From Geodermatophilus sp. (GTDB lineage Bacteria > Actinomycetota > Actinomycetes > Mycobacteriales > Geodermatophilaceae), in the NCBI GenBank assembly GCA_035645175.1, contig DASQNB010000057.1:1-39901 (forward strand): a stretch of 39,901 bases of DNA. Direction: 5' to 3'. Of this stretch, positions 9,141 through 16,916 are shown in pieces. Below the pieces are notes generated by a model. It did not search any database. It saw only the letters and a program-made list of their open reading frames with translations, and was not told where the DNA came from. Numbering within the stretch: the stretch's first letter is position 1; the number at the start of each line of letters is the position of its first letter. Made by a program: the position numbers and the translations under genes.

Positions 9141-9749
9141 TCAGGCTCCTGACCGGCGCGGCAGGAGCAGGGCGAGAGCGGTGGCGTAGCGGTCCAGGTC
9201 GACGTCGCCGAGGACGGCGTGCTGGACGACGAAGCCCATCAGGGTGGACAGCAGCACCTGCGCCAGCGCCTCGACGTCGACGTCCTCGGGCAGGTGACCG
9301 GCGTCCCGCCAGCGGACGACGAGCTGGGCCAGGCCGCGGCGGACGGTGCCGTACACCTCCTCGGCGATCACCCGGACGGCCGGGTCGCGCAGCGCCTCGG
9401 CCCACGCGGTGACCGCTATCCGGGTGTAGTCGACGCCGTCGGCCTCCAGGGCGGGCAGCACGTTGCGCAGCACGCCGGCCGCGTCCTCGGTCGGTGACCG
9501 GTCGGCGTCGCCGGCGACCGCCGCGTCCAGGGCCCCGGTCAGCCGCTGCAGGATGCGCTCGACCGCGGCGGCGATGAGCTCGGCCTTGCTCGGGAAGTAG
9601 CTGTAGACCGCGCCGGCCGACAGCCCGGACTCGGAGATGACGTCCCGCACCGACGTGGCGTGGAAGCCGTTCTCGGCGAAGCGGCGGAGCGCGGCACGCA
9701 CGATCTCGTCGCGGCGGGCCTCGAGGTGGTCGGCGGAGACGCGGGGCAT
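9141..9749 (-). CDS. TetR/AcrR-family transcriptional regulator
   Basis: MPRVSADHLEARRDEIV...GFHATSVRDVISESGLSAGAVYSYFPSKAEL HTH. Confidence 0.92.
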   Translation of the reverse strand: MPRVSADHLEARRDEIVRAALRRFAENGFHATSVRDVISESGLSAGAVYSYFPSKAELIAAAVERILQRLTGALDAAVAGDADRSPTEDAAGVLRNVLPALEADGVDYTRIAVTAWAEALRDPAVRVIAEEVYGTVRRGLAQLVVRWRDAGHLPEDVDVEALAQVLLSTLMGFVVQHAVLGDVDLDRYATALALLLPRRSGA

Positions 9750-9764
9750 GACCACCACCTTAGA

Positions 9765-9832
9765 GAACGAGCGTCCGTCTTGACATGGGAGATCTGCCAG
9801 AGCACGCTGTTGCTCAACGAACGACCGTCCGA
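9765..9832 (+). promoter_or_regulatory. Paired TetR-type operators flanking a sigma-70-type promoter
   Basis: GAACGAGCGTCCG (from 9765) and GAACGACCGTCCG (from 9819) flank TTGACA (9780-9785)-17 bp-CACGCT. Confidence 0.6.
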
Positions 9833-9845
9833 TTTAGGAGGGGTC

Positions 9846-10343
9846 ATGGTCGTGGAGTCCGCGGTCCCGGTCCGGGCCGACGTCATGGAGGAGTTCGTCC
9901 CCGCCGGAGGCGTCGTCGTGGGGGACGACGGGACCGACACCTCGCGCGCGGCGGTCCGCTGGGCCGCCCTGGACGCGGCCCGGCGGGGAACCGTGCTGCA
10001 CGTCGTGCGGTGCTGGTCGCTGGTCACGGCGCCGCGCCCGGCGACCTGGGCGGTGGGCTACGTGCCACCCCTCCCCGACTGGGAGACCGCGGTGCGGCGG
10101 CAGACACGACGCCTGCGGGCCCCGCAGCTGGCCGACGTCGAGGGGCTGGACGTGCGCTGGCAACCCGTCCACGGCCGGCCGGAGACGGTGCTCGCCCGCG
10201 CCTCCACCGGCGCGGACCTGCTCGTGGTGGGCAGCCGCGGGCGCGGCGAGCTCAGCGAGCTGCTGCTCGGCTCGGTGGCGGCCGCCGTCCTGCACAGCAC
10301 GGCCTGCCCCGTGGTCGTCGTCCGGGGCCCGCACCCCCGATGA
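9846..10343 (+). CDS. Universal stress protein (single domain)
   Basis: VVVGDDGT and ADLLVVGSRGRG...LLGSVA...CPVVVV. AGGAGG RBS. Confidence 0.9.
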   Translation: MVVESAVPVRADVMEEFVPAGGVVVGDDGTDTSRAAVRWAALDAARRGTVLHVVRCWSLVTAPRPATWAVGYVPPLPDWETAVRRQTRRLRAPQLADVEGLDVRWQPVHGRPETVLARASTGADLLVVGSRGRGELSELLLGSVAAAVLHSTACPVVVVRGPHPR

Positions 10344-10386
10344 GCCCGCACACCTGATGAATCCGAACCAGCGAGGAGGAGCCCCC

Positions 10387-11394
10387 ATGAGCACCGCCAC
10401 CGTCGACCGGCACACCGCGACCGACGCACCGGCACCGCCACGCACCACCCCGGCCCGCACCGTCGTCGCCCTGGCGCTGGCGCTGACCGCCGGGCTGGCC
10501 CTGCTGCTGGCCGCCTTCGCCTGGCCGGCCACCGAGACCCGGCCGCGGGACGTGCCGGTCGCCGTGGCCGGCCCACCGGCCGCCGTCGAGCAGGTGCGCG
10601 CGGCGGTCGCACAGGCCCAGCCCGGCGCCTTCGACCTCACCGCCGCGGCCGACGCCGCGGCCGCCCGGCAGCTGGTCGTCGACCGCGAGGTCGACGGCGC
10701 GCTGCTGCTCGGACCGGACGGCCCGCGGGTCGTGGTGGCCGGCCAGGGCGGCCCCGCCGTGGCCCAGACGCTGACCGGCCTGGCCCAGGCGGCCGGCGGT
10801 GGCCCGAGCGTCCCGGTCGAGGACGTGGCGCCGCTGCCGGCCGGCGATCCGCGCGGTGCGGCACTGGCCGCCGGCGCGCTGCCCTTCGCGATGCTCGGCG
10901 GGGTCGCCGGGGCGCTGTTCACCCTGCGGGTGCGCGGTCTCGGGCGGCGCGTGGCCGGGGCCCTGCTCTTCGCCCTGCTCGCCGGGCCGACCGCGGTCGC
11001 CGTCCTGCACGGCTGGCTGGGTGCGCTCACCGGCGACCGGGTCGCCGAGACCGCCGTCGTCACCCTCGGCCTGGCCGGCACCTCGCTCGGCGTGATCGGC
11101 GCCGCCGCCGTCGCCGGCCGCGCCGGCCTGGTGCTGGCCGAGCTGGCGGTCATCGTGCTCGGCAACCCGTTGTCGGCCGCGTCCAGCGCACCGTCGTTCC
11201 TGCCCGACGGCTGGAGCGACCTGGGTCAGGCCCTGCCGCCCGGCGCGATCGTCGCCGCCCTGCGCGCGGTGTCCGGCTTCGACGGCACCGGCGCGGCCGG
11301 CCCGGTCACCGTGCTCACCGCCTGGGCGGTCGGCGGGTCGGTCCTGGTCGCGGCGGCCGCACTCGCCCGGCGGGGCACCCGGTCGACGGGGTGA
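10387..11394 (+). CDS. Membrane protein, ABC-2 permease/DUF3533-like
   Basis: One N-terminal TM helix, an extracytoplasmic loop, about five TM helices, GNPLS and GQALPPGA motifs. GAGGAGG RBS. Confidence 0.72.
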   Translation: MSTATVDRHTATDAPAPPRTTPARTVVALALALTAGLALLLAAFAWPATETRPRDVPVAVAGPPAAVEQVRAAVAQAQPGAFDLTAAADAAAARQLVVDREVDGALLLGPDGPRVVVAGQGGPAVAQTLTGLAQAAGGGPSVPVEDVAPLPAGDPRGAALAAGALPFAMLGGVAGALFTLRVRGLGRRVAGALLFALLAGPTAVAVLHGWLGALTGDRVAETAVVTLGLAGTSLGVIGAAAVAGRAGLVLAELAVIVLGNPLSAASSAPSFLPDGWSDLGQALPPGAIVAALRAVSGFDGTGAAGPVTVLTAWAVGGSVLVAAAALARRGTRSTG

Positions 11395-11411
11395 GGACGG
11401 CAGTGCCGCGG

Positions 11412-12098
11412 TCAGCTCGGTCGGGTGCCGACGAGCGAGGCGAAGGCGACGACGTTGTCCTCGTAGCTGCGCGCATCGGGGTCGAAGGCCCCGCCGCAGG
11501 TGATCAGGCGCAGCTGGGCGTCGTCGGTGTTGCCGTAGACCTCGATGGTCGGGAAGTCGTCCTTGCGGTGACGCTCCACGCGGTCGACGGCGAACACCGC
11601 CGCCGAGCCGTCCTCCCGCGTGACGGTGATCTCGTCGCCCGGCCGGAGGGCACCGAGGTCGAAGAAGACCCCCGGGCCCCACTCCGCCGAGTCGACGTGA
11701 CCGAGGACGACCGCGGGGCCCACCGCACCCGGGGCCGGGCCGCGCTGGTACCACCCGGCCTGGTCGTCCGGGGCGAGGGGCGGCACCTCCACGGTGCCGT
11801 CGCCGTTGACGCCGAGGCGCAGCAGGTCGCTGCGGACGCCGATGGACGGGATGGCCATCGACACGGGTGCGGCGACCGTCCCCGTCGACTCGGCGTCGAC
11901 CGGCGCGGCAGGTGCACCGGGCGCCGGAGCAGCGACCGGGGTCTCCTGCTCCACCGTCGCCGCGGTCGCCGGGGGTTGGGGCGCCTGCTGCTGCCCGGTG
12001 ACCGCCACGGCCAGCGCGACGACCGCGACGATGGCGAGCGCAACGGCCAGCGCCGTCCACACACGTGGGCCCGTTCGGCGCGGAGAGGGGTCGGTCAC
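11412..12098 (-). CDS. Class F sortase
   Basis: N-terminal TM anchor, AGWY, GHVD (His), LRLITCGG (Cys) and YEDNVV (Asn in place of Arg, typical of class F). Confidence 0.9.
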   Translation of the reverse strand: MTDPSPRRTGPRVWTALAVALAIVAVVALAVAVTGQQQAPQPPATAATVEQETPVAAPAPGAPAAPVDAESTGTVAAPVSMAIPSIGVRSDLLRLGVNGDGTVEVPPLAPDDQAGWYQRGPAPGAVGPAVVLGHVDSAEWGPGVFFDLGALRPGDEITVTREDGSAAVFAVDRVERHRKDDFPTIEVYGNTDDAQLRLITCGGAFDPDARSYEDNVVAFASLVGTRPS

Positions 12099-12198
12099 GG
12101 AGGCCTCCGAGGGTCGTGCGGACGGCGGGGTCAGGGCCGGGTCGGACGGGCCCGCGCCGCGCGGAGTCCGGGGACCCCGCGCGGCGTGGACGGTGGGG

Positions 12199-12966
12199 TC
12201 AGGCCTGGTCGGCCTGACGGCGGCGGTACGCCAGGGCGCCCGCCGCAGCAGCACCGGTCAGCGCCAGGGCGCCGACCCCGATCGCGGCCTGCTGCTCCGT
12301 GCCGGCGGTGCTGCCGCCGCCGGTCTCGGCGCCACCACTCGGGGCGGTGCCCATCTGGGCCATCGTCAGCGGACCACACGCGGCCGGAGCGGTGGCCTCC
12401 ATCGGCAGCGACGGGTCGAGGTCGCTCATGACGTCGCCGTCGTAGGTACCGCTGCCGTCCTTGTCGACACCGTGGATGACCAGCACCGCGGTACCGGCGG
12501 CGAAGGCCGCCTGCACGTCCTCGGTGATGTCGAAGGTCCGCTCGTAGCTGAGCGTGCCGTCGTCAGCGGTGGGGAACCGGTCCACGGCCAGGCCGCTGTC
12601 CGGGCTGGTGTCGCCCTCGGTGGTCAGCGACGTGCCGATCGCGCCGTAGAACGGCGCACCCTCGGTGGTGCTCAAGAAGCCGTCGCCGTCCTCGTCGGCG
12701 GCGTCGGTCGGGCAGGTGCCCTGCGCGCCGATGTGGAAGTGCTGGGCGTGGGGAGCGCCCGCCAGCAGGCCGGAGGCCTCGATCACGACCGTCGCCGAGT
12801 CCTCGTCGAGCGTGACCATGCCGGTCCCGGTGACGCCGGACTGGTTGAGCGCGCTCAGGTCGGCCTGGTAGCTGCCGTTGTGGTCGGCCAGAGCCGGGGA
12901 CATGGTCAGCAGCGGGAACGCGGCTGCTGCGATGGCGACGGTCGGAAGTGCGAATGCCTTGCGCAC
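12199..12966 (-). CDS. Secreted His-motif protein with Cu/Zn-SOD-like pattern and C-terminal class-F-type sorting signal
   Basis: Signal peptide, HAQHFH, GTCP, VLVIHG, AACG, then APSGGAETGGG + hydrophobic helix + RRR tail. GAGGAG RBS before GTG 12966. Confidence 0.75.
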   Translation of the reverse strand: MRKAFALPTVAIAAAAFPLLTMSPALADHNGSYQADLSALNQSGVTGTGMVTLDEDSATVVIEASGLLAGAPHAQHFHIGAQGTCPTDAADEDGDGFLSTTEGAPFYGAIGTSLTTEGDTSPDSGLAVDRFPTADDGTLSYERTFDITEDVQAAFAAGTAVLVIHGVDKDGSGTYDGDVMSDLDPSLPMEATAPAACGPLTMAQMGTAPSGGAETGGGSTAGTEQQAAIGVGALALTGAAAAGALAYRRRQADQA

Positions 12967-13161
12967 GGTGTGCTCCTCGGGGGTCGTGAGCTTCTGCCGG
13001 CGCCTTCCGGGCGACGGCATCGGTGCGGTCAGGCGCCGCACCGGTGGTGCACGACGGACGCGTCCTCGCGCCAGCCGCTGTCCGGGTCCCGCCGGACCCG
13101 TTCGAGCGGGCGGCTCCCCCAGCCGTCGTGTGCACACCGACTCCCGCACCATCTCGGAGGA

Positions 13162-13189
13162 CGTTCGGCACCACTGCCCGGACCGGTTC
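13162..13189 (-). promoter_or_regulatory. Putative ECF (SigK-like) promoter for the SOD-like/sortase unit
   Basis: Minus strand reads GAACC-N17-CGAAC, the same layout as 13297-13323. Confidence 0.5.
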
Positions 13190-13296
13190 ACTCCCGGGGC
13201 ACGACGACCGTGGAACGCCCTCGGCCGCTCGAGCGGCGACAGGGCGTCGAGGGTCCCCCCGGGCCGGCGGTCCACCGCGCCTCCCGAGGGCCCGGG

Positions 13297-13323
13297 CAAC
13301 CGGAACGGCGCCCGCGTACGAAC
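13297..13323 (+). promoter_or_regulatory. Putative ECF (SigK-like) promoter for leaderless copC
   Basis: CAACC-N17-CGAAC ends 7 nt before ATG 13331, and there is no RBS. Confidence 0.55.
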
Positions 13324-13330
13324 CACTGTC

Positions 13331-13936
13331 ATGTCCGCTCGCCGGTCGACCCCACCAGCTCGAGGCTCCGCGACGCGCGGACCACGCGTGCTGACGGTGA
13401 TGGCCGCTGCCGCCGCCCTCACCCTCGTCCTCCTGGGCGTCGGGACGCCGACCGCGCAGGCCCACGACGAGCTGGTCGCCACGCTCCCGGCGGCGGACAC
13501 GACGCTGCCCGCCCCGCCGGCCCAGGTGGAGTTGCAGCTCAGCGCCCCCGGCCAGGCGCTGGGCACCCAGGTCGTCGTGACCGGACCGGACGGAACGGTC
13601 GTGTCGCAGGGTGAGCCCGAGCTGCGTGACAGCACCGTGGTCCAGCGGCTGGCCGGCGGCTCACCTGCCGGGGCCTACACCGTCGCGTGGCGGGTGACCG
13701 CCTCCGACGGGCACCCGCTCTCGGGCACCCACGCCTTCGCCGTGGCCGGGAGCCCGGCGGTCGCCGAGGACCCGGCTCCGACCGCTCCGGCGCAGGTGCC
13801 CGCGGCGCCCAGCGAGGCGGCCGCCGTGCGGCCGGTCGACCCGTCGCCCGGCGGGTGGTGGCTCGCGGCCGGCGCAGCCGGAGTCGCCGTCCTCGCGGCC
13901 GGCGTCGTCCTGCTGCGGCTGCGCCGGCGGGCGTGA
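13331..13936 (+). CDS. copC: Copper resistance protein CopC with C-terminal membrane anchor
   Basis: Signal peptide ending AQA/HDEL (mature His1), YTVAWRVTASDGHPLSG, C-terminal TM helix plus Arg tail. Confidence 0.9.
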   Translation: MSARRSTPPARGSATRGPRVLTVMAAAAALTLVLLGVGTPTAQAHDELVATLPAADTTLPAPPAQVELQLSAPGQALGTQVVVTGPDGTVVSQGEPELRDSTVVQRLAGGSPAGAYTVAWRVTASDGHPLSGTHAFAVAGSPAVAEDPAPTAPAQVPAAPSEAAAVRPVDPSPGGWWLAAGAAGVAVLAAGVVLLRLRRRA

Positions 13937-15330
13937 GCCGGGTGGCGCTCGCGGTCGAGCCGGCTCCCTCCGGCGGGGAGGTGCGCCCGCCCTCCGCCGT
14001 CCCCGCCGTCGTGGCGGCGGGTGCCGGGCTGGTGGCCGTGCTCGTGCTGGCCCTCGTGCTGGGCGGCGGCCGCCCGACCCCGGCGGCACCGGGCCTGGCG
14101 CAGGCGGGTCCCCTGGTCACCTGGGGCCTACCGGTGGCCACGCTCGCCGGCCGGATCGCCGCCGTCGGCACGGTCGGGACGCTGCTGTTCGCCGCCGTCC
14201 TGCTCCCCGGCCCGGGGCGGACGCTGCCGCCGGCGTCGCGCCGCGCGCTGCGGACGGCGTCGTGGTGCGCGCTCGCCTGGGCCGCGTCGACGGTGGGCGG
14301 CGCGCTGCTCACCCTGTCGCAGCTGGTCGGCGCAGCGCCCACCGCGTCCTCCCTCCGGACCTTCGTCACCGACCTGCCCGCGGGACGGGCGGCGGCGGTC
14401 GTGCTCGCCGCGGCCTGTGTCGTGGCGCTGCTCGCCCGGCGGTGCACCGGCGCGATCGAGGCCGGCCTGCTGCTGGCGGTCGCCGTGTCCGGGCTGGTGG
14501 TCCCGGCGGTGCTGACCGGTCACTCCGCGACAGCCGCGGACCACGTGCTGGCGGTGACCAACCTGAGCCTGCACGTGGTCGCGGCGACCGCCTGGGTCGG
14601 CGGCCTGCTGGCGCTGTTGCTGCACGGCCGGTCCCTCGAGGACCTGGCCCCGGCGGCCCATCGCTTCAGCACCGTGGCGCTGGTCTGCTCCCTCGTGACC
14701 GGGCTGTCGGGCCTGCTGGCCGCCTGGCTGGTCCTGGGCAGGGCCGCCTCGGCGAGCACCCTCCTGGGCAGCGGCTACGGGTGGCTGCTGCTCGGCAAGA
14801 CGACCGCCCTGCTCGCCCTCGGCGTCCTCGGCTGGCGGCACCGGCGCACGTCCCTGCCCCGGCTGCGGACCGGGCAGCCGGGCGTCTTCCGCCGGTTCGC
14901 CGCCGTCGAGGCCGCCGTCATGCTGGCGACCGTCGCCCTGGCCGTGGCGCTGGCCGCGTCCCCTCCCCCGGCGGCGGGGAGCCCGGCGGCATCGACGCCG
15001 GCTGCCGCCCAGGGCGCGCAGCCGACGTCCCCGCAACCCGCTCCGCCGACGCTCGAGGACATGTCCGGCCACGACCACGGCGACCTGTCGGTCACCGTGC
15101 TCGTCGACGAGACCCGGTTCCACCTCTCCGCCCCGGTCGCCCCGGGCGCGCGGGTCACGGTGCACAACTCCACGACGACCGAGGTCAGCATCACCGCGGA
15201 CGACGGCTCCTTCGACGTCGTCGTCCCCGGGCGGAGCCTGCTGACCTTCGCCGCGCCGGCCCAGCCGGGCACGTACCCCTTCTCGAGTCGCCACTCGGAG
15301 TCCTTCGGGGACGTGCTGGTCGTCCGCTGA
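13933..15330 (+). CDS. copD: CopD-family copper transport protein fused to a cupredoxin-like C-terminal domain
   Basis: GTGA overlap with copC. LTGHSA, LHVVAATAWVGGL, RFSTVA, YGWLLLGK. Tail SGHDHG...VTVHN...GSFDV...PGTYPF. Confidence 0.85.
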   Translation: MSRVALAVEPAPSGGEVRPPSAVPAVVAAGAGLVAVLVLALVLGGGRPTPAAPGLAQAGPLVTWGLPVATLAGRIAAVGTVGTLLFAAVLLPGPGRTLPPASRRALRTASWCALAWAASTVGGALLTLSQLVGAAPTASSLRTFVTDLPAGRAAAVVLAAACVVALLARRCTGAIEAGLLLAVAVSGLVVPAVLTGHSATAADHVLAVTNLSLHVVAATAWVGGLLALLLHGRSLEDLAPAAHRFSTVALVCSLVTGLSGLLAAWLVLGRAASASTLLGSGYGWLLLGKTTALLALGVLGWRHRRTSLPRLRTGQPGVFRRFAAVEAAVMLATVALAVALAASPPPAAGSPAASTPAAAQGAQPTSPQPAPPTLEDMSGHDHGDLSVTVLVDETRFHLSAPVAPGARVTVHNSTTTEVSITADDGSFDVVVPGRSLLTFAAPAQPGTYPFSSRHSESFGDVLVVR

Positions 15331-15465
15331 CCTGCACCCGTGTCGCGGACGAGGAGGCGCCCCTGACCGGTGCCCCGGTCGTCGGTCCGGAGGGGTCGGT
15401 CACCGTCCCCCCACTCGGGGGACGGGGGGTCGAGGCGGCCGGGGGTGCACCCCGGCCGACCTCTG

Positions 15466-15891
15466 TCAGGGCACCGATCCGGCCCGGACCACCCACTCGG
15501 TGGACTGGCCGGTCACCGCGGCGACGCGGTCGAAGTCCCCGTCGTAGTGCAGCACGGTGACCCGGTTCCGCTCGGCCACGGCACCGATGACCAGGTCGGC
15601 CATCCCGACCCCCCGCCACCGGCCCGCGTCGGCCAGTGCCGCCTGGACCTGGAGCGCGCGCTGCCAGTCCTCGTCCTCGGTGGACAGGTACTCGTAGGCC
15701 AGCCGACGGTCGGCCCGGACCTCCCGGTACTCCCGGGGCGACCGGGCGCTGTACAGGGCCTCGAGGTCCAGGGCGGCACAGGTGGCGAGCAGCCCGGCGG
15801 ACAGCAGGGGGACGACGCGGTCGGCCACCTGCCGGTGGGGCACCCTCGCAGCCGCGCTGGTGTCGAGCAGGTAGCGGGCGACTACCGCCAC
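15466..15891 (-). CDS. vapC: VapC-family PIN-domain toxin
   Basis: YLLDTSA, LEALYSARS, ADLVIGAVAE and VLHYDGDFD carry the acidic PIN residues. Confidence 0.9.
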   Translation of the reverse strand: MAVVARYLLDTSAAARVPHRQVADRVVPLLSAGLLATCAALDLEALYSARSPREYREVRADRRLAYEYLSTEDEDWQRALQVQAALADAGRWRGVGMADLVIGAVAERNRVTVLHYDGDFDRVAAVTGQSTEWVVRAGSVP

Positions 15892-16088
15892 GCCCGGTCC
15901 CGGTCCTCCCCGACGGCGAGGAGGGCCGAGGCCCCGTCGAGCAGCCGTTCCACCTCACGCCGGCGGGCGGCTGAGGCGGCGGCCTCGCGCAGGGCCCGGC
16001 CGACCGTCTCCTTGATCGTCGAGGTCGACAGCGCCGCCCGGGCCGCGTCGAGGTCGGCGTCGTCGATCTCCACCAGGCGCTTGGTCAT
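15882..16088 (-). CDS. vapB: VapB-family antitoxin (RHH-type)
   Basis: MTKRLVEIDDADLDAARAALSTSTIKETVGRALRE, ending AWR and overlapping the vapC start. Confidence 0.88.
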   Translation of the reverse strand: MTKRLVEIDDADLDAARAALSTSTIKETVGRALREAAASAARRREVERLLDGASALLAVGEDRDRAWR

Positions 16089-16096
16089 GCACCGAT

Positions 16097-16126
16097 GATA
16101 TATCCAGGACGCGGAACCGTATATAC
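16097..16126. promoter_or_regulatory. Twin palindromic operators of vapBC
   Basis: GATATATC (16097-16104) and GTATATAC (16119-16126) are 22 bp apart and immediately upstream of vapB. Confidence 0.65.
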
Positions 16127-16231
16127 AGCGTGCCGGACGTCGCGGCCTGGCCCCGCCGGCGCCGGGGCCGAGGCGGAGGACCACGCCGGGCGCCGCCGCG
16201 TCGCCCGGCGCAGAACGGGTAGGAGGGCGCC

Positions 16232-16414
16232 ATGGCATCGAGACTGGTCAGGCCCCGCTCCTCCCGCGTGATCGCCGGGGTCTGCGCGGCACTGGCGGAC
16301 CGGTTCGGCCTCTCCCGCACGCTGGTCCGCGTGGGCTTCGTCCTGTTCGGCCTGTTCGGGGTCGGTGAGCTCGTCTACATCGCGCTGTGGATCCTCATCC
16401 CCAAGGAGCCCTGA
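16232..16414 (+). CDS. pspC: PspC-domain protein
   Basis: LVRPRSSRVIAGVCAALADRFG...YIALWILIP. AGGAGG RBS. Confidence 0.88.
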   Translation: MASRLVRPRSSRVIAGVCAALADRFGLSRTLVRVGFVLFGLFGVGELVYIALWILIPKEP

Positions 16415-16433
16415 CCGGCGTGGGGACGGGACC

Positions 16434-16907
16434 GTGAGGCACTCGCCGTACCCGCTCACCGCTGCCGCGGTGGGCCTGACCGCCGTCGCCGGGACGGTCG
16501 GCACCGATGTGACCTCCCCGGTGGTACCGGCGCCTGGACAAGCCGCCGTGGCAGCCGCCGGGGTGGGCGTTCGGCCCGGCCTGGACCACGCTCTACGTGC
16601 TGCTGGCCGTCGCGGGCGGCCGCGCCCTCACCCGCGCGAACCCAGACGCCCGGCGGCACCACCTGCGCGCGTACGCGGTCACCCTGGCGCTCAACGCGGG
16701 CTGGACCTGGACCTTCTTCCGCGCGCACCGGCCCGGCCTGGCCGTCCTGGAGTCCGCCGCGCTCACCGCCTCGACGGTCGACCTGGCCCGGCGCACGCGG
16801 CAGCTGGACACCACCGGTGGCGCGGCCCTGCTGCCCTACGCCGCCTGGACGCCTTCGCCACGGCCCTGACCGCGGAGCTCGCCCGCCGCAACCCCCGCCC
16901 ACGCTGA
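16434..16907 (+). pseudogene. tspO: TspO/MBR-family protein with two compensating frameshifts
   Basis: WYRRLDKPPWQPPGWAFGPAWTTLY and LLPYAAW lie in a different frame from both the start and the AFATALTAELARRN end. There is a +1 C at 16516-16519 and a missing base at about 16850. Confidence 0.8.
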
Positions 16908-16916
16908 CCCGGCGGC

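Noticed and set aside
12085-15403. 14-bp direct repeat GAGGGGTCGGTCAC at 12085-12098 and 15390-15403 as att sites or a target duplication around the cop locus
   Set aside because: No integrase or transposase is present and one copy is the sortase start region. It could be chance or a decayed gene start, and cannot be supported without comparative genomes.
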